The notes under the pieces were generated by a model. That model saw only the letters and a program-made list of their open reading frames with translations, did not search any database and was not told where the DNA came from. A stretch of 64,000 nt of DNA, from positions 1,152,001-1,216,000 of the forward strand of contig JAXHNL010000002.1 of NCBI GenBank assembly GCA_034520565.1. The letters run 5' to 3'. Shown here piece by piece: positions 1 through 9,899 of this stretch. Each line of letters begins with the position of its first letter. The first letter of the stretch is position 1. The stretch is from Halodesulfurarchaeum sp. (GTDB lineage Archaea; Halobacteriota; Halobacteria; Halobacteriales; Halobacteriaceae). A program made the position numbers and the translations under genes.

Positions 1-375
1 CGGGAAAAGCGGGTAAATGAGGCCCACGTCGACCTCGAAATCGAGCCGATTCAGAAGGAAAACGACCCCACCGAGCGCGATCAGGAGCGTCACGGCGTAC
101 CCGATCTCGGAGACGACGGTGTACCCGGGATAGGCGACCGGTCCTGGAGCGCTTGCCGCCGCCGCGACCGAGTCGAAGAAGAGCGGCTCACCGCCGTTCC
201 AGGCCGTCGCCTGCGCGTTGTGAGCGTCCGCGGCGACCGGGCCCCAGAAGTACTGCCAGACGAAGCGGGCATACACCAGGTTCGGGAGGAGGATCGACCC
301 GCCGACGAGAACCGCGAGGATCGTCGCGACCCCCGCCGTCCAGAGGCGCTCGATCCGATTGCTCGGAAATCCCAT
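1..375 (-). CDS. DUF63 family membrane protein (runs off the window's left edge; only the N-terminal part is present)
   Basis: Manual translation from ATG at 375: [12 protein letters not shown]...[15 protein letters not shown]...[12 protein letters not shown], typical of the haloarchaeal DUF63 N-terminus; not in the ORF track. Confidence 0.75.
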   Translation of the reverse strand, partial: MGFPSNRIERLWTAGVATILAVLVGGSILLPNLVYARFVWQYFWGPVAADAHNAQATAWNGGEPLFFDSVAAAASAPGPVAYPGYTVVSEIGYAVTLLIALGGVVFLLNRLDFEVDVGLIYPLFP

Positions 376-469
376 TAGTCGTGGAGTGGGAAAACGTGGG
401 TATCAGCGTTTTGGTCTCCTGAGACGAGTGGACCGTGGCCGGCCGAACCTGGTTTCGACCCCGATCCGG

Positions 470-1498
470 TTACGTCTCTTTGATCGACCGTGCGGCCGCG
501 GTCAACACCTCGACGGCGCGGTCGAACGACTCGAGTTCGAGGTGCTCGTTCGGCGTGTGGTCCAGCGAGGAGTCCCCGGGCCCGTAGGTCGCCATCGGCA
601 CATCCCAGGCCTGGGCGTAGATGTTCATGTCACTCGTCCCGGTCTTCCGGAGGTGGGTCGGATCGCCGTCGAGCTGGCGGATTCCACGTCTGAGGCCAGT
701 CGCAACCGGGTTCCGTGGACTCTCCATGACCGGCTCGATCGCGTCCGTCCACTCGACAGATCCGGCTCCCAGGGACGCCACCGTCTCCGCGACGGTTTCG
801 GTGGTTTCTCCCGGCGGAATCCGAAGCTGGGCGTCGACCCACGCCTCGAAATCGAACCCGTCGGCACTCGTCCCACCCTCCATCGCGACCGGCTTCGGCG
901 TCACCTGCTCGAAGATCGTGTCCGCCCCGTCGTCGAATTCCGCTTCAACCGCCTGCCACCACGAGATCGCCTGCTGGATGGCATTCGGTTCGGGGCGTGA
1001 GGTGTGCCCGACCTCGGTCGTGACCGAGTACTCCCCCCGGAGCATCCCGCGGTAGCCGACCGTGATCGCGTCCCAGCCGGACGGTTCACCATTGAGTACC
1101 GCTTCGGGCTCGTCTCGATCCTCGACCAGGTATCTCGCGCCCGCGGAGGTCGTCTCCTCCTCGACGACGCCCACGAAGCTCACACCCGCCTGGATCGACG
1201 CGACGGCCATCGCCACGAGGGGCCCCTTCGCGTCGACGCTGCCTCGGCCCCAGAGGACCTCGTCCTCGACCCGAACCGGGATCGATCCCGGAACCGTGTC
1301 GACATGGGAGGTCAACAGGACGGAATCGTCAGCTGGCGCCCGAACGTTTCCCGCCTCGTCGATCCAGACCTCGCGGTCGTGGGCGTCGAAAAACGCGGCC
1401 AGCCGGTCGGCACACGCGCTTTCCGACCCGGAGATCGAGGGTATTTCGACGATCTCGCGGAGCAGTGACCGGGCGTATTCGGGGGCGATTTCGCACAT
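470..1498 (-). CDS. lysK: [LysW]-lysine/[LysW]-ornithine hydrolase (LysK/ArgE, M20 family)
   Basis: SHVDTVPG, GRGSVDAKG, EEETTS, DHTPNEH M20 motifs; last gene of the argC-B-D-E run. Confidence 0.9.
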   Translation of the reverse strand: MCEIAPEYARSLLREIVEIPSISGSESACADRLAAFFDAHDREVWIDEAGNVRAPADDSVLLTSHVDTVPGSIPVRVEDEVLWGRGSVDAKGPLVAMAVASIQAGVSFVGVVEEETTSAGARYLVEDRDEPEAVLNGEPSGWDAITVGYRGMLRGEYSVTTEVGHTSRPEPNAIQQAISWWQAVEAEFDDGADTIFEQVTPKPVAMEGGTSADGFDFEAWVDAQLRIPPGETTETVAETVASLGAGSVEWTDAIEPVMESPRNPVATGLRRGIRQLDGDPTHLRKTGTSDMNIYAQAWDVPMATYGPGDSSLDHTPNEHLELESFDRAVEVLTAAARSIKET

Positions 1499-1499
1499 G

Positions 1500-2633
1500 T
1501 CAGGCCCCGTCGATGACGTCGGCCATCGCCGCGACGGTTCGATCGACGGCCATTTCGTCGATGATCAGGGGCGGGAGGAACCGGACCACGGTGCGGCCGG
1601 CCGGAAGCGCGAGGATCTGGTGCTGCATCGCGAGGTCCCGAACGACTCGGTTGGCCCCGCGCTTGACCTGGACGCCGATCATGAGTCCCTCGCCGCGAAC
1701 AACTCTTACGGCATCGCCCAGTTCGGCCTCGAGGTCGGCCTGGAACTGTTCGCCCAGGGTGCCGGCGTGGGCCGGAAGCCCCTCGTCCCGTACGGTTTCC
1801 AGGGTCGCCTTCCCGGCGGCCGCGATGGCCGGCCCGCCGCTGAAGGTCGAGCCGTGATTGCCCGCGTCCTCCGCGATCCACTCCCGGACGAGCGTCGCCC
1901 CGAGGGGGAGCCCGTTGGCGATCCCCTTCGCCGCAGTGAGGATGTCCGGTGTGACACCGGACTGCTCCGCGGCCCACATCGTTCCCGTCCGTCCGATCCC
2001 GGTCTGAATCTCGTCGAAGATGAGGGCCGCGCCGACGGATTCGGTCGCCTCCCGGGCCGCCTGAAGGAACGCGTCGCTTGCGGGGTTGATCCCCCCCTCG
2101 CCCTGGATTGGTTCGAGAATCACCGCCGCCGTCTCCTCGTCGACTGCCTCCCGGAGTTCCGCCTCGTCGTCGTAGCCGACGAATTCGAACCCGCCGGCGA
2201 CGGGCTCGAACCCCGTGCGATATTTCGGCTTCCACGTCGCGGCCAGCGAGCCCAGCGTCCGACCGTGGAAGGCGTTTTTCATCGCGACGACCTTCGAGCG
2301 ACCGGTCGCGTGGCGGGCGAACTTGATCGCCGCCTCGTTGGCCTCCGTTCCCGAATTACTCAGCCAGGCGTGATCGATCGGATCCGGAGCCACGTCGGCG
2401 ACCAGGTCATAGAACTCCTCGCGCATCTGCACGGGGTAGGATCCTTGCACGTAGGTCAACTGCTCGGCCTGGGAGCTGAGCGCCTCGACGACGGCTGGAT
2501 GGGAGTGCCCGAGCGGGGTGCAGGCGTAACTTGCGCCCATGTCGAGGTACTCCGTTCCCGACTCGGCACGGAGCGTCGCCCCGTCGCCGGCTTCGATCCG
2601 AATCGGCTTCGGGGAGAAGACGAACTCCGTCAT
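1500..2633 (-). CDS. argD: [LysW]-aminoadipate/glutamate semialdehyde transaminase (LysJ/ArgD, class III PLP aminotransferase)
   Basis: SGTEANEAAIK, FHGRT, EPIQGEGG, DEIQTGIGRTG, AKGIANG. Confidence 0.9.
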   Translation of the reverse strand: MTEFVFSPKPIRIEAGDGATLRAESGTEYLDMGASYACTPLGHSHPAVVEALSSQAEQLTYVQGSYPVQMREEFYDLVADVAPDPIDHAWLSNSGTEANEAAIKFARHATGRSKVVAMKNAFHGRTLGSLAATWKPKYRTGFEPVAGGFEFVGYDDEAELREAVDEETAAVILEPIQGEGGINPASDAFLQAAREATESVGAALIFDEIQTGIGRTGTMWAAEQSGVTPDILTAAKGIANGLPLGATLVREWIAEDAGNHGSTFSGGPAIAAAGKATLETVRDEGLPAHAGTLGEQFQADLEAELGDAVRVVRGEGLMIGVQVKRGANRVVRDLAMQHQILALPAGRTVVRFLPPLIIDEMAVDRTVAAMADVIDGA

Positions 2634-3454
2634 GTTTCGCTCACAGCCTCCGGTTCGACCCTCGTTCCGTCGCCATCGAGGGCCCGCGTGATCGGTTCCT
2701 CGGCGTTGGCGTCCGCGATCACGACCCGTTCGGCGCCCGACTCGAGGGCCTCGCGTGCGGCCATCACTTTCCGGCCCATGAACCCCTCGGCGGCGGATTC
2801 GAGTTCCTCGAACGCCGCCGGCGTCTCGACCGACTCGATCAGTGTGTCCGGATCCGTCGGATCCGCGTATACGCCGGAGACGTCAGTCAGTTCGACCAGT
2901 GTCGCCCCGAGGGCACCGGCGACGGCAGCCGCCGCCCGGTCGGCGTCGCTGTTGACTGCAGTTCCCTCGTCGGCGTACATCGGCACCGAGACGACCGGGG
3001 TGTGTCCCGCGTCGAGGAGGAGGGTGAGTAACTCGTCGTTCACCGACTCGATCGTTCCCGAGTGGTCCCCGCGGCGGATCTTTCGCTTGCCGTCCTCGAC
3101 GACTCGGACGGCTGATTTCCGTTTGCCTTCGAGGACCCGGCCGTCGGGCCCGGAGAGGCCCACCGCGTCGACCCCGATGTCTTGCAGTTGGGTGACGAGG
3201 TCGAGGTTCAGCCGGCCGAAGACCATCTTGAACACCTCCATCGTCTCGGCGTCGGTGAACCGGCCCACCACGCCGGCCGGCGTTTCCACGTACTCCGGTT
3301 CGATGCCGAGCCGCTCGAGGGTCTCGTCCACGGCGGTCGAACCACCGTGGACGACGACGACGGATTCACCTCGCTCGAGGAGTGCAGCGATGTCTGCGAG
3401 CGCTCCCTCGGGGTCGACGGCGCGGGCCCCGCCGATCTTCACGACGACCGTCAT
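2630..3454 (-). CDS. argB: [LysW]-aminoadipate/glutamate kinase (LysZ/ArgB)
   Basis: VVKIGG, VHGGS, GRFTD, NSDADRAA, LTDVSG amino-acid kinase motifs. Confidence 0.9.
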   Translation of the reverse strand: MTVVVKIGGARAVDPEGALADIAALLERGESVVVVHGGSTAVDETLERLGIEPEYVETPAGVVGRFTDAETMEVFKMVFGRLNLDLVTQLQDIGVDAVGLSGPDGRVLEGKRKSAVRVVEDGKRKIRRGDHSGTIESVNDELLTLLLDAGHTPVVSVPMYADEGTAVNSDADRAAAAVAGALGATLVELTDVSGVYADPTDPDTLIESVETPAAFEELESAAEGFMGRKVMAAREALESGAERVVIADANAEEPITRALDGDGTRVEPEAVSET

Positions 3455-4491
3455 GGCGAACCGACCGGGTGGAGCCCCGTGAATTCAAGCCCCGCGGTCT
3501 CATCGAACCCGAGGGCGACGTTCGCGGCGTGGACGGCCTGCCCGGACGCTCCCTTCATGACGTTGTCGATGGCGCTGAAGACGACGATTCGCCCGTTGCG
3601 CTCGTCGATTTCGAAGCCGACCTCGGCGTTGTTCGTGCCGGCGACCGCCTTTGGCTCGGGGTATCGATAGATCCCGCCGCCCCCGGTGACGATCCGGACG
3701 AACGGTTCATCGCCGTATGTCTCGCGGATCGCCTTCCAGATGTCGGTCTTCTCGGGGAGTTCGCCCGGGTAGAGGTGACTTGTAGCCGCCGCTCCACGGA
3801 CCATGTCGACGGCATGGACCGTGAAGGAGACGCCCCGGCCGAGTTGCTCCTCGATTTCGGCCTCGTGGCGGTGCCCGGTTGGGGCGTAGGGTCTGACGAC
3901 GCCCGACCGCTCGGGGTGCGAGGAGGCGGGACCGCCCCCGGTGCCGCCCTCCGAAGAGCCGACTTTCAGGTCGGCGACGACGCGATCGGCGGGCTCGATG
4001 AGCCCGTGCTCGACGAACGGCAACAGACCGAGAATCGTGACGGTCGCGTTACAGCCGCCACTCGCGATGAGCGAGGCACCCTGAAGCCGCTCTCTCCCGA
4101 GCTCGGGGAGGCCGTAGACCGCCTTTTCGAGGAGTTCGGGCGCGACGTGGCCGTCGTACCAGGTGTCGTAATCCGCCGGGTCCGAGAGGCGGAAGTCGGC
4201 GCTGAGGTCGACGACGGTGTCCGCGACCGTTCGGAACTCCTCGATCCGCTCCATCGTGACGCCGTGGGGCGTCGCGGCGAACAGGACGTCGACCGGTTCG
4301 AGTTCGCCGGGGTCCGAAAACCGGAGATCCAGGTGCCGGAGATTCGGGTGGACGGCGCCGACGGTGCGATTGGTGAACTGTCGACTCGTGGCCGCGACCA
4401 GGGCGAGGTTTGGATGGCCGTCGAGGAGGCGCAGAAGCTCCCCGCCGGCGAAACCACTCGCTCCGACGACGGCTGCAGTGGGCGTGTTCAT
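3451..4491 (-). CDS. argC: [LysW]-/N-acetyl-gamma-glutamyl-phosphate reductase (ArgC/LysY)
   Basis: GASGFAGGEL, DLSADFRL, GGCNAT catalytic Cys, IDNVMKGASGQA. Confidence 0.92.
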   Translation of the reverse strand: MNTPTAAVVGASGFAGGELLRLLDGHPNLALVAATSRQFTNRTVGAVHPNLRHLDLRFSDPGELEPVDVLFAATPHGVTMERIEEFRTVADTVVDLSADFRLSDPADYDTWYDGHVAPELLEKAVYGLPELGRERLQGASLIASGGCNATVTILGLLPFVEHGLIEPADRVVADLKVGSSEGGTGGGPASSHPERSGVVRPYAPTGHRHEAEIEEQLGRGVSFTVHAVDMVRGAAATSHLYPGELPEKTDIWKAIRETYGDEPFVRIVTGGGGIYRYPEPKAVAGTNNAEVGFEIDERNGRIVVFSAIDNVMKGASGQAVHAANVALGFDETAGLEFTGLHPVGSP

Positions 4492-4730
4492 GATGGTCCT
4501 CCGATCGCCGGGCGGGCGATCTGGATATCGGCGCGCATATGGTCGGTCTCAGTGGGCGGGTCGCCTTAGTCGTGTCGAGATTCGCAAATATCTGTTGGGA
4601 CCAGTTCACAAGGGTCCAGATTGGGTCGGGTCCGTTTATGTTGCTCATGAGAGAAGCGGGGTGAGGGATTTGAATACGACGAGAAAACGAAAGGATCGAC
4701 GCACCATGAAAGAGCACAACGTTTGAGCAT

Positions 4731-5163
4731 CCGCACGAGCGGAGCGAGTGCGGTTCACTCGACGCGAACGGAGTGAGCGTCGAGCTGCGACTTTTTCCCC
4801 ACGTTTTTGCGAGCGGGTGCAATGCACCCGCTCGGAAAAAGTGGCGGCTTGCGGTTGCACCGCTCGACAATTTCGAGACTCCCTTCGGTCGTCTCGCTGC
4901 TCACGGGTCATTCTTCCCCGTTCGCCATCGAGGTCTCGCTGCGCTCGACCTCGCTTTGCGAGGGAAGACCGCTCCGGGTCTTCTGCACTTTGCAGTGCCG
5001 TTGGAAGACTCACTTCGTTCGTCTTCTAGGCGCTCGCTCGCGGTGCTCGCGAGCACGAGGGAAGAGATTTGTACCACTTTTTCCCCGAGACAGCTACAGC
5101 AACAGCTCGTTTCGATACCGGAGCCGAGAATTGCGAGGGAAGACCGCTCCGGGTCTTCTGCAC
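4731..5163. repeat. Cluster of palindromic hairpins downstream of tRNA-Leu, including an exact 33-bp direct repeat (4956-4988, 5131-5163)
   Basis: Stem-loops at 4731-4753, 4758-4784, 4811-4833, 4874-4896, 4929-4953, 5004-5026, 5032-5054; ttgcgagggaagaccgctccgggtcttctgcac occurs twice. Confidence 0.85.
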
Positions 5164-5169
5164 GATATG

Positions 5170-5253
5170 TGCGAGGGAAGGGATTTGAACCCTTGGACCT
5201 CTACAGGAGCGGATCTTGAGTCCGCCGCCGTTTCCGAGCTTGGCTACCCTCGC
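5170..5253 (-). tRNA. tRNA-Leu(CAA)
   Basis: Reverse complement GCGAGGGTAGCCAAGCTCGGAAACGGCGGCGGACTCAAGATCCGCTCCTGTAGAGGTCCAAGGGTTCAAATCCCTTCCCTCGCA: cloverleaf, long variable arm, CAA anticodon, no encoded CCA. Confidence 0.95.
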
Positions 5254-5394
5254 ACGCGAGTTCGGGTTGGGAACCGACTCGCTTTAGCGTTGCGAAGGCT
5301 GGCCGATGGGGACACTAGCGCAACCGAGAATCGAATACCGGCGAAACCCTCGCCCTTCCGAGGGTACACCGCCGTTTGTGTCCTGTCTGCCTGT

Positions 5395-5883
5395 ATGGAC
5401 GACCACACCCGGGATCCCACCGTCGACCCGCCACCGGCGGGACACAACCCGCCCGGGTGGCTTCCTGCGGAGGGCCGATGGGAACACGATACCCTTCGGC
5501 GGGCCACGATCCACGGCGTGCGGCTCGTGAATGCGGGCGAATACCACGAGGCCCACGACTGCTTCGAGGACGAGTGGTTCAATTACGGCAACGGGACGAT
5601 GCAGAAGTCGTTCCTCCAGGGGATGACGCAGGTCGCCGCAGGGGTGTACAAGTACGTGGATTTCGACAACGAAGCCGGGCTCCGGAAACTCCTCGACTCG
5701 GCCCACGGGTATCTGGTCGGGATTCCGGCCACGTACTACGGCGTCGACGTCGCGAGTCTCCGTGAGGATATCACCGATATCCGGCACAAACCCGAGCGGG
5801 CAGCGACGCTCCAGATCGAGTTGGATGGGGCCTATCCGACTGCGGACGAGACGGATCTCGAATACGCGGCCACACTGCCCTGA
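5395..5883 (+). CDS. DUF309 domain protein
   Basis: MDDHTRDP start; GEYHEAHDCFEDEW and FLQGMTQVAAG typical of DUF309. Confidence 0.8.
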   Translation: MDDHTRDPTVDPPPAGHNPPGWLPAEGRWEHDTLRRATIHGVRLVNAGEYHEAHDCFEDEWFNYGNGTMQKSFLQGMTQVAAGVYKYVDFDNEAGLRKLLDSAHGYLVGIPATYYGVDVASLREDITDIRHKPERAATLQIELDGAYPTADETDLEYAATLP

Positions 5884-5978
5884 CTGTCAGGGGCACTTGG
5901 AGCGGGTCTCGTTGGATGGTTGGGTCCGGACCACGGAAGTCACGCCCTTTTTACTCGCCCACCACTGAAACGGAAGTA

Positions 5979-6767
5979 ATGCGAGTCGAACAGCTGGGGA
6001 CCGGCGATCCGGAACTCGTGATCGTCGGGGGTGTTCACGGCGACGAACCCTGTGGCGAGCGGGCCATCGAGTGGCTGCTCGCCGAACAGCCGCCGGTTTC
6101 CCGGCCAGTCCGCCTGATCGTGGCCAACGAAGCGGCCATCGAGCGGGGTGTCCGATACCTCGACGCCGATCTCAACCGATCCTTCGATTACGTCGCGGCC
6201 GGGAGCGCCCACGAAGCCGACCTTGCAGACCAGCTCCGCGAACAGATCCGCGGCAAAACGGTGCTTTCGATTCACTCGACACAATCGACCCGCGACCCGT
6301 TTGCGATCGTCTCGGGAGTCACCGAGGGGGTCGCCCCGATCGTTTCGCGGTTGTCCGTCGAGGCCGTCGTCGACGCGGGACCGCCCGAGGACGGCCGGAT
6401 TTTCGACACGACGGCGACGGCTATCGAGGTCGAAGCAGGGTACCAGGGCAGCGAGGCGGCCACCGAAAACGCGACACAACTGGCCCGGGAATTCCTGATC
6501 GCGACGGGTGCGCTTCCGGGCGAACTGGAACCGGTCGAACGGCCGCTTTTTGAGTTGGGGTCGCCGATTCAAAAACCCGAGGCGGCGAGTTACGAGGTGT
6601 ACGCGGCCAATTTCTCGCCGGTTGAGGAGGGTGACGTGATCGCGGCCGCAGACGAACAGCCGATCCGGGCTGACCGACCGTTCTGGCCGGTGCTCCTCTC
6701 GGCGTACGGCTATCGGGACATTTTCGGCTATCGAGGCGAGAAGCAGGGATCGGTCTCTTCGGTCTGA
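5979..6767 (+). CDS. Succinylglutamate desuccinylase/aspartoacylase (M14-like) family protein
   Basis: GGVHGDEPCG, DLNRSF, SIHST, EVEAG zinc-carboxypeptidase motifs. Confidence 0.85.
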   Translation: MRVEQLGTGDPELVIVGGVHGDEPCGERAIEWLLAEQPPVSRPVRLIVANEAAIERGVRYLDADLNRSFDYVAAGSAHEADLADQLREQIRGKTVLSIHSTQSTRDPFAIVSGVTEGVAPIVSRLSVEAVVDAGPPEDGRIFDTTATAIEVEAGYQGSEAATENATQLAREFLIATGALPGELEPVERPLFELGSPIQKPEAASYEVYAANFSPVEEGDVIAAADEQPIRADRPFWPVLLSAYGYRDIFGYRGEKQGSVSSV

Positions 6768-6783
6768 GTCGGCTTCAGCCCGG

Positions 6784-7230
6784 TTACCGGTCAGTCGGTG
6801 CGAGGGTGGCCTTCGTGAGCGAACGGTTCAAGTGGCAGGTTTCGTGTGGCGGCTCCCCGTCGACCTCGACGATCCGATACTCCTGGTCCATCTCGGCACC
6901 GAGCGGTTCACAGAGGTCGTGACTGGGACACTCGGTGTGGGGACACGGACCGGCCAGCGTCACTCGACTCCCGGCGTAGGCCCCTTTCGACGGGACGTTT
7001 GCAGTTACCTGTGCGGGTTCGACGTCCACCGCCAGCACTCCCGTATCGTGGACAGCACAGTCGAGGACCTCGCCACCGTCCCGAACCTCGGTGATCCGAT
7101 AGCGAGTCCCCCGCTCGAGGTTCAGGCATTGCTTCCGATACGGACACCCGTCACAGCCCGCAGCCTCCCCCCGGTACACGAACTCCGATCCAGGGGTGGC
7201 GAGTCGGGTGCCGACGAGTGTCAACGACAT
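6784..7230 (-). CDS. UPF0179 family protein
   Basis: MSLTLVGTRLA start; CDGCPYRKQCLNL, CAVH, CPHTECPSHDLC Cys pattern. Confidence 0.85.
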   Translation of the reverse strand: MSLTLVGTRLATPGSEFVYRGEAAGCDGCPYRKQCLNLERGTRYRITEVRDGGEVLDCAVHDTGVLAVDVEPAQVTANVPSKGAYAGSRVTLAGPCPHTECPSHDLCEPLGAEMDQEYRIVEVDGEPPHETCHLNRSLTKATLAPTDR

Positions 7231-7348
7231 ACGACTCGATTCGAGACCCGGTCGGTTAAACATCTCGGAGCGGGTCGACGGAGTACGATTCCGGACGGCT
7301 GTGGGACTAATCCACAATATAATACGGGTCGATCCCCTACGCTCACTC

Positions 7349-8038
7349 GTGACCCACATCGCTATCATCGACGCGTCGATCGGAGACACCCCTGCCCAGG
7401 AAAACCTGGAGCGAATGACGGCGGCAGAAACGACGACGTTTAAGGCCAGTGAAGGGGACATTCCGCCGCCTCCGTCGGAGGAGGGATGGGCTTTCGATGG
7501 GGTCATGGTGAGTGGCTCTCAGTGCTCGGTCTACGAGGACCGGGACTGGATCCACGAACTCACGAGGTGGGCACGGCAGGTCCACGCGGACGGTATGCCG
7601 ATGCTCGGAATTTGCTGGGGGCATCAGTTCCTCGCCCAGGCACTCGGTGGGCGTATCGTCGCGATGGACCGGTACGAACTCGGGTACAAGACGATCGAGC
7701 AGGTTCGGGACAGCCGACTGTTGGACGGGATTCCCGAGGTGTTCACCGCCTTCGAGACCCATTCGGATCGCGTGTACGAACTTCCCGACCAGGCCGAGGA
7801 ACTCGCCACGAACGAGGTCGGAAACCAGGCATTCCGGACCGGGCGAACCTACGGGGTTCAGTTCCATCCGGAGTACGACCTGAAGACGGCGACCCTCGTC
7901 ACCGAACGGAAAGACCTTCCCGATGAACGTATCGAGGCGGTCCTCGCGGGGATCACCGAATCGGCCTTCGAGGAGGCGAAAGTGGCTGCCCGGGTCTTCG
8001 AGAACTTCGAAACGATCGTCGAGAATCGCCGCTGTTGA
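7349..8038 (+). CDS. Type 1 glutamine amidotransferase (GuaA-like)
   Basis: GICWGHQ nucleophile elbow and QFHPE; start codon uncertain. Confidence 0.85.
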   Translation: MTHIAIIDASIGDTPAQENLERMTAAETTTFKASEGDIPPPPSEEGWAFDGVMVSGSQCSVYEDRDWIHELTRWARQVHADGMPMLGICWGHQFLAQALGGRIVAMDRYELGYKTIEQVRDSRLLDGIPEVFTAFETHSDRVYELPDQAEELATNEVGNQAFRTGRTYGVQFHPEYDLKTATLVTERKDLPDERIEAVLAGITESAFEEAKVAARVFENFETIVENRRC

Positions 8039-8050
8039 CGGGTGGTCCGG

Positions 8051-8311
8051 CTACGTGTCTCGGGTGACGATGACCTCGTCCGTCCCGTTTGCGTCCATCG
8101 GGACCTCTATCTGCACGAACTCCTCGGTGTCCGTGTCACAGACGACGATGACGTCCTCGGAGGTGCAGAACATGTTGTAGGACTCGACGGTGTACTTCCG
8201 CTGTGTCTCCAGATCCGCGATGATGTCCCTGAACTCTCCGACGGTGAGTGAGTTTTCCCCCTCCGCGACGTCGATCAAGCGCTCGAGCGAGCCGTTCGTT
8301 TCTTCGGCCAT
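8051..8311 (-). CDS. Hypothetical acidic protein
   Basis: 86-aa acidic ORF with halophile-like composition, divergent from the hydrogenase operon. Confidence 0.6.
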   Translation of the reverse strand: MAEETNGSLERLIDVAEGENSLTVGEFRDIIADLETQRKYTVESYNMFCTSEDVIVVCDTDTEEFVQIEVPMDANGTDEVIVTRDT

Positions 8312-8775
8312 GATGTTTCACCGTAACCTTGTCACGTCTCCCAACTAAAGGTTGTTATTAGTATTGGGAGGACTGCAATACTGCGTAATTGTGGGTATAC
8401 GTCGTGAAAGAGTTTCTCGGAACCGTGACCAATTCGAGGGAATGGCGGTCGATCACATTCCTGTCACGCCTTTCAGAAAGCCCTGCCGCCACGACTCGGC
8501 GAATCGAGTCACCGTCAGTCGAGGCGGCCGTCTCTGCGGGAACCGAAAACGGCCGATTCCGCTATCGGCGGATAGATTGTACGATCATCACAATATATAC
8601 CACTACTCTGTTACTTGGATATCGTTTCTTATCCGTTGATAGACTCCCTACAGAGATCTCGTGGGATATCGGAAATAACAGGCAACAACAGGTGTGTGAA
8701 CGTTTGCAACTGCTGAGAACGAAAGTCCGTATTTAATGAAATACCGATGGTTTTGTACTATGTGACTGTGTAACA

Positions 8776-9874
8776 ATGACAACCCGTCGCAACTTCCTCC
8801 GGCTCGCGGGAGCCACCGCGGCCGGGGGAGTCATCACCCAGCACTCGACAGATATCGCCCGGGCCCTCGAGCAGGCCACCGATGGGTCAAAAGAGGTCGT
8901 CTGGTTCCAGGGGCAATCCTGTACGGGGTGTACGATTTCGACCCTGCAGGCGGAGTACCCGACTCTCGAGGAGGCCCTGAACGCCTTTCGGCTCGAAGTC
9001 ACCTTCCATCCGACGATCATGGCCCCGGCCGGCGAGCAGGCGATCGAGTCCATGAGCAAGGATCCGGACATCCTCATCGTCGAGGGGTCCATCCCGACGG
9101 AGATCCCGGAGGCGGCGGTGGTCGGCGGGAAAACAGCCGAGGAGTGGGTCACCGAACTCGCGCCCAAGGCGGACATCGTCATCAGCGTGGGGAACTGCGC
9201 GTGCTTTGGCGGCTGGCCGGCGGCGGAGAACAAACGCCGCGTCCACGACCTCGGAAAGAACGTCACGGGCGCTCAGGGGCTGCAATTCGAAAAGCGAGCG
9301 AAGGGCGGGGTACTCGGGACGGACTTCACCGGCGGTGCCGGATTGCCGGTCGTCAACATCAGCGGGTGCCCACCGAACCCGGATTACGTTCTGTTGACCC
9401 TCGCGACGGTTCTGAACGGCCACATTCCGGAACTGGACGAGTACCAGCGCCCGTTGCCGTTCTACGAGCCGCTGATCCACGACAACTGCATGCACCGGGG
9501 TTACTTCGACCGGGGCGAATTCAGCCGACAAACCGGGGGGAAAAGGGTGTCTCCTGAAAGTCGGCTGCAAGGGACCATACACGCACTGTGACGACCAGCA
9601 ACGGCTCTGGAACGACGGAACGAGCGTCTGTCTGAACGTCAGTGCGCCCTGCATCGGGTGCATGGAGCCAGGCTTCTGGGACCGGTTCTCGCCGTTCCAG
9701 CAGGAGATGGAGGGCAGCGCGTTCCTCGGCAACGTCGATGCGACGGACGCCGGAGCGGCCGCCGTCGTCGCCGGCGCTGTCGGGATCGGCGCCCACCTCG
9801 GACGCCGGGCGATGGGATACGGCCATTTCGAGCCCGCAGAGGAAACCGAGCGAGCAGAGGGGAAAGGGGACTGA
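8776..9874 (+). CDS. [NiFe] hydrogenase small subunit, Tat-exported, C-terminal membrane anchor (one +1 frameshift near 9523, probably a sequencing error)
   Basis: TRRNFL Tat motif, SCTGC, GNCACFGG, GCPP, HDNC; removing one base near 9523 gives FADKPGGKGCLLKVGCKGP...C...WNDGTSVC...PCIGCMEPGFWD and a TM helix ending at stop 9874. Confidence 0.92.
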
Positions 9875-9899
9875 GTAATCGGGAGGAACTAACAGGACA

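Noticed and set aside
1062-3482. 806-aa plus-strand ORF and many other long Arg/Ser/Pro-rich ORFs across the window
   Set aside because: These are antisense or off-frame shadows of real genes in high-GC DNA; they show no domain motifs and lack halophile acidic composition.
4807-5394. Long N-terminal extension of the DUF309 ORF
   Set aside because: It runs through the repeat cluster and tRNA-Leu; the likely start is the ATG at 5395.
9520-9545. Programmed frameshift at GGGGGGAAAA in the small subunit
   Set aside because: Removing a single base upstream of the run restores the frame, and similar indels occur in unrelated genes, pointing to sequencing error.
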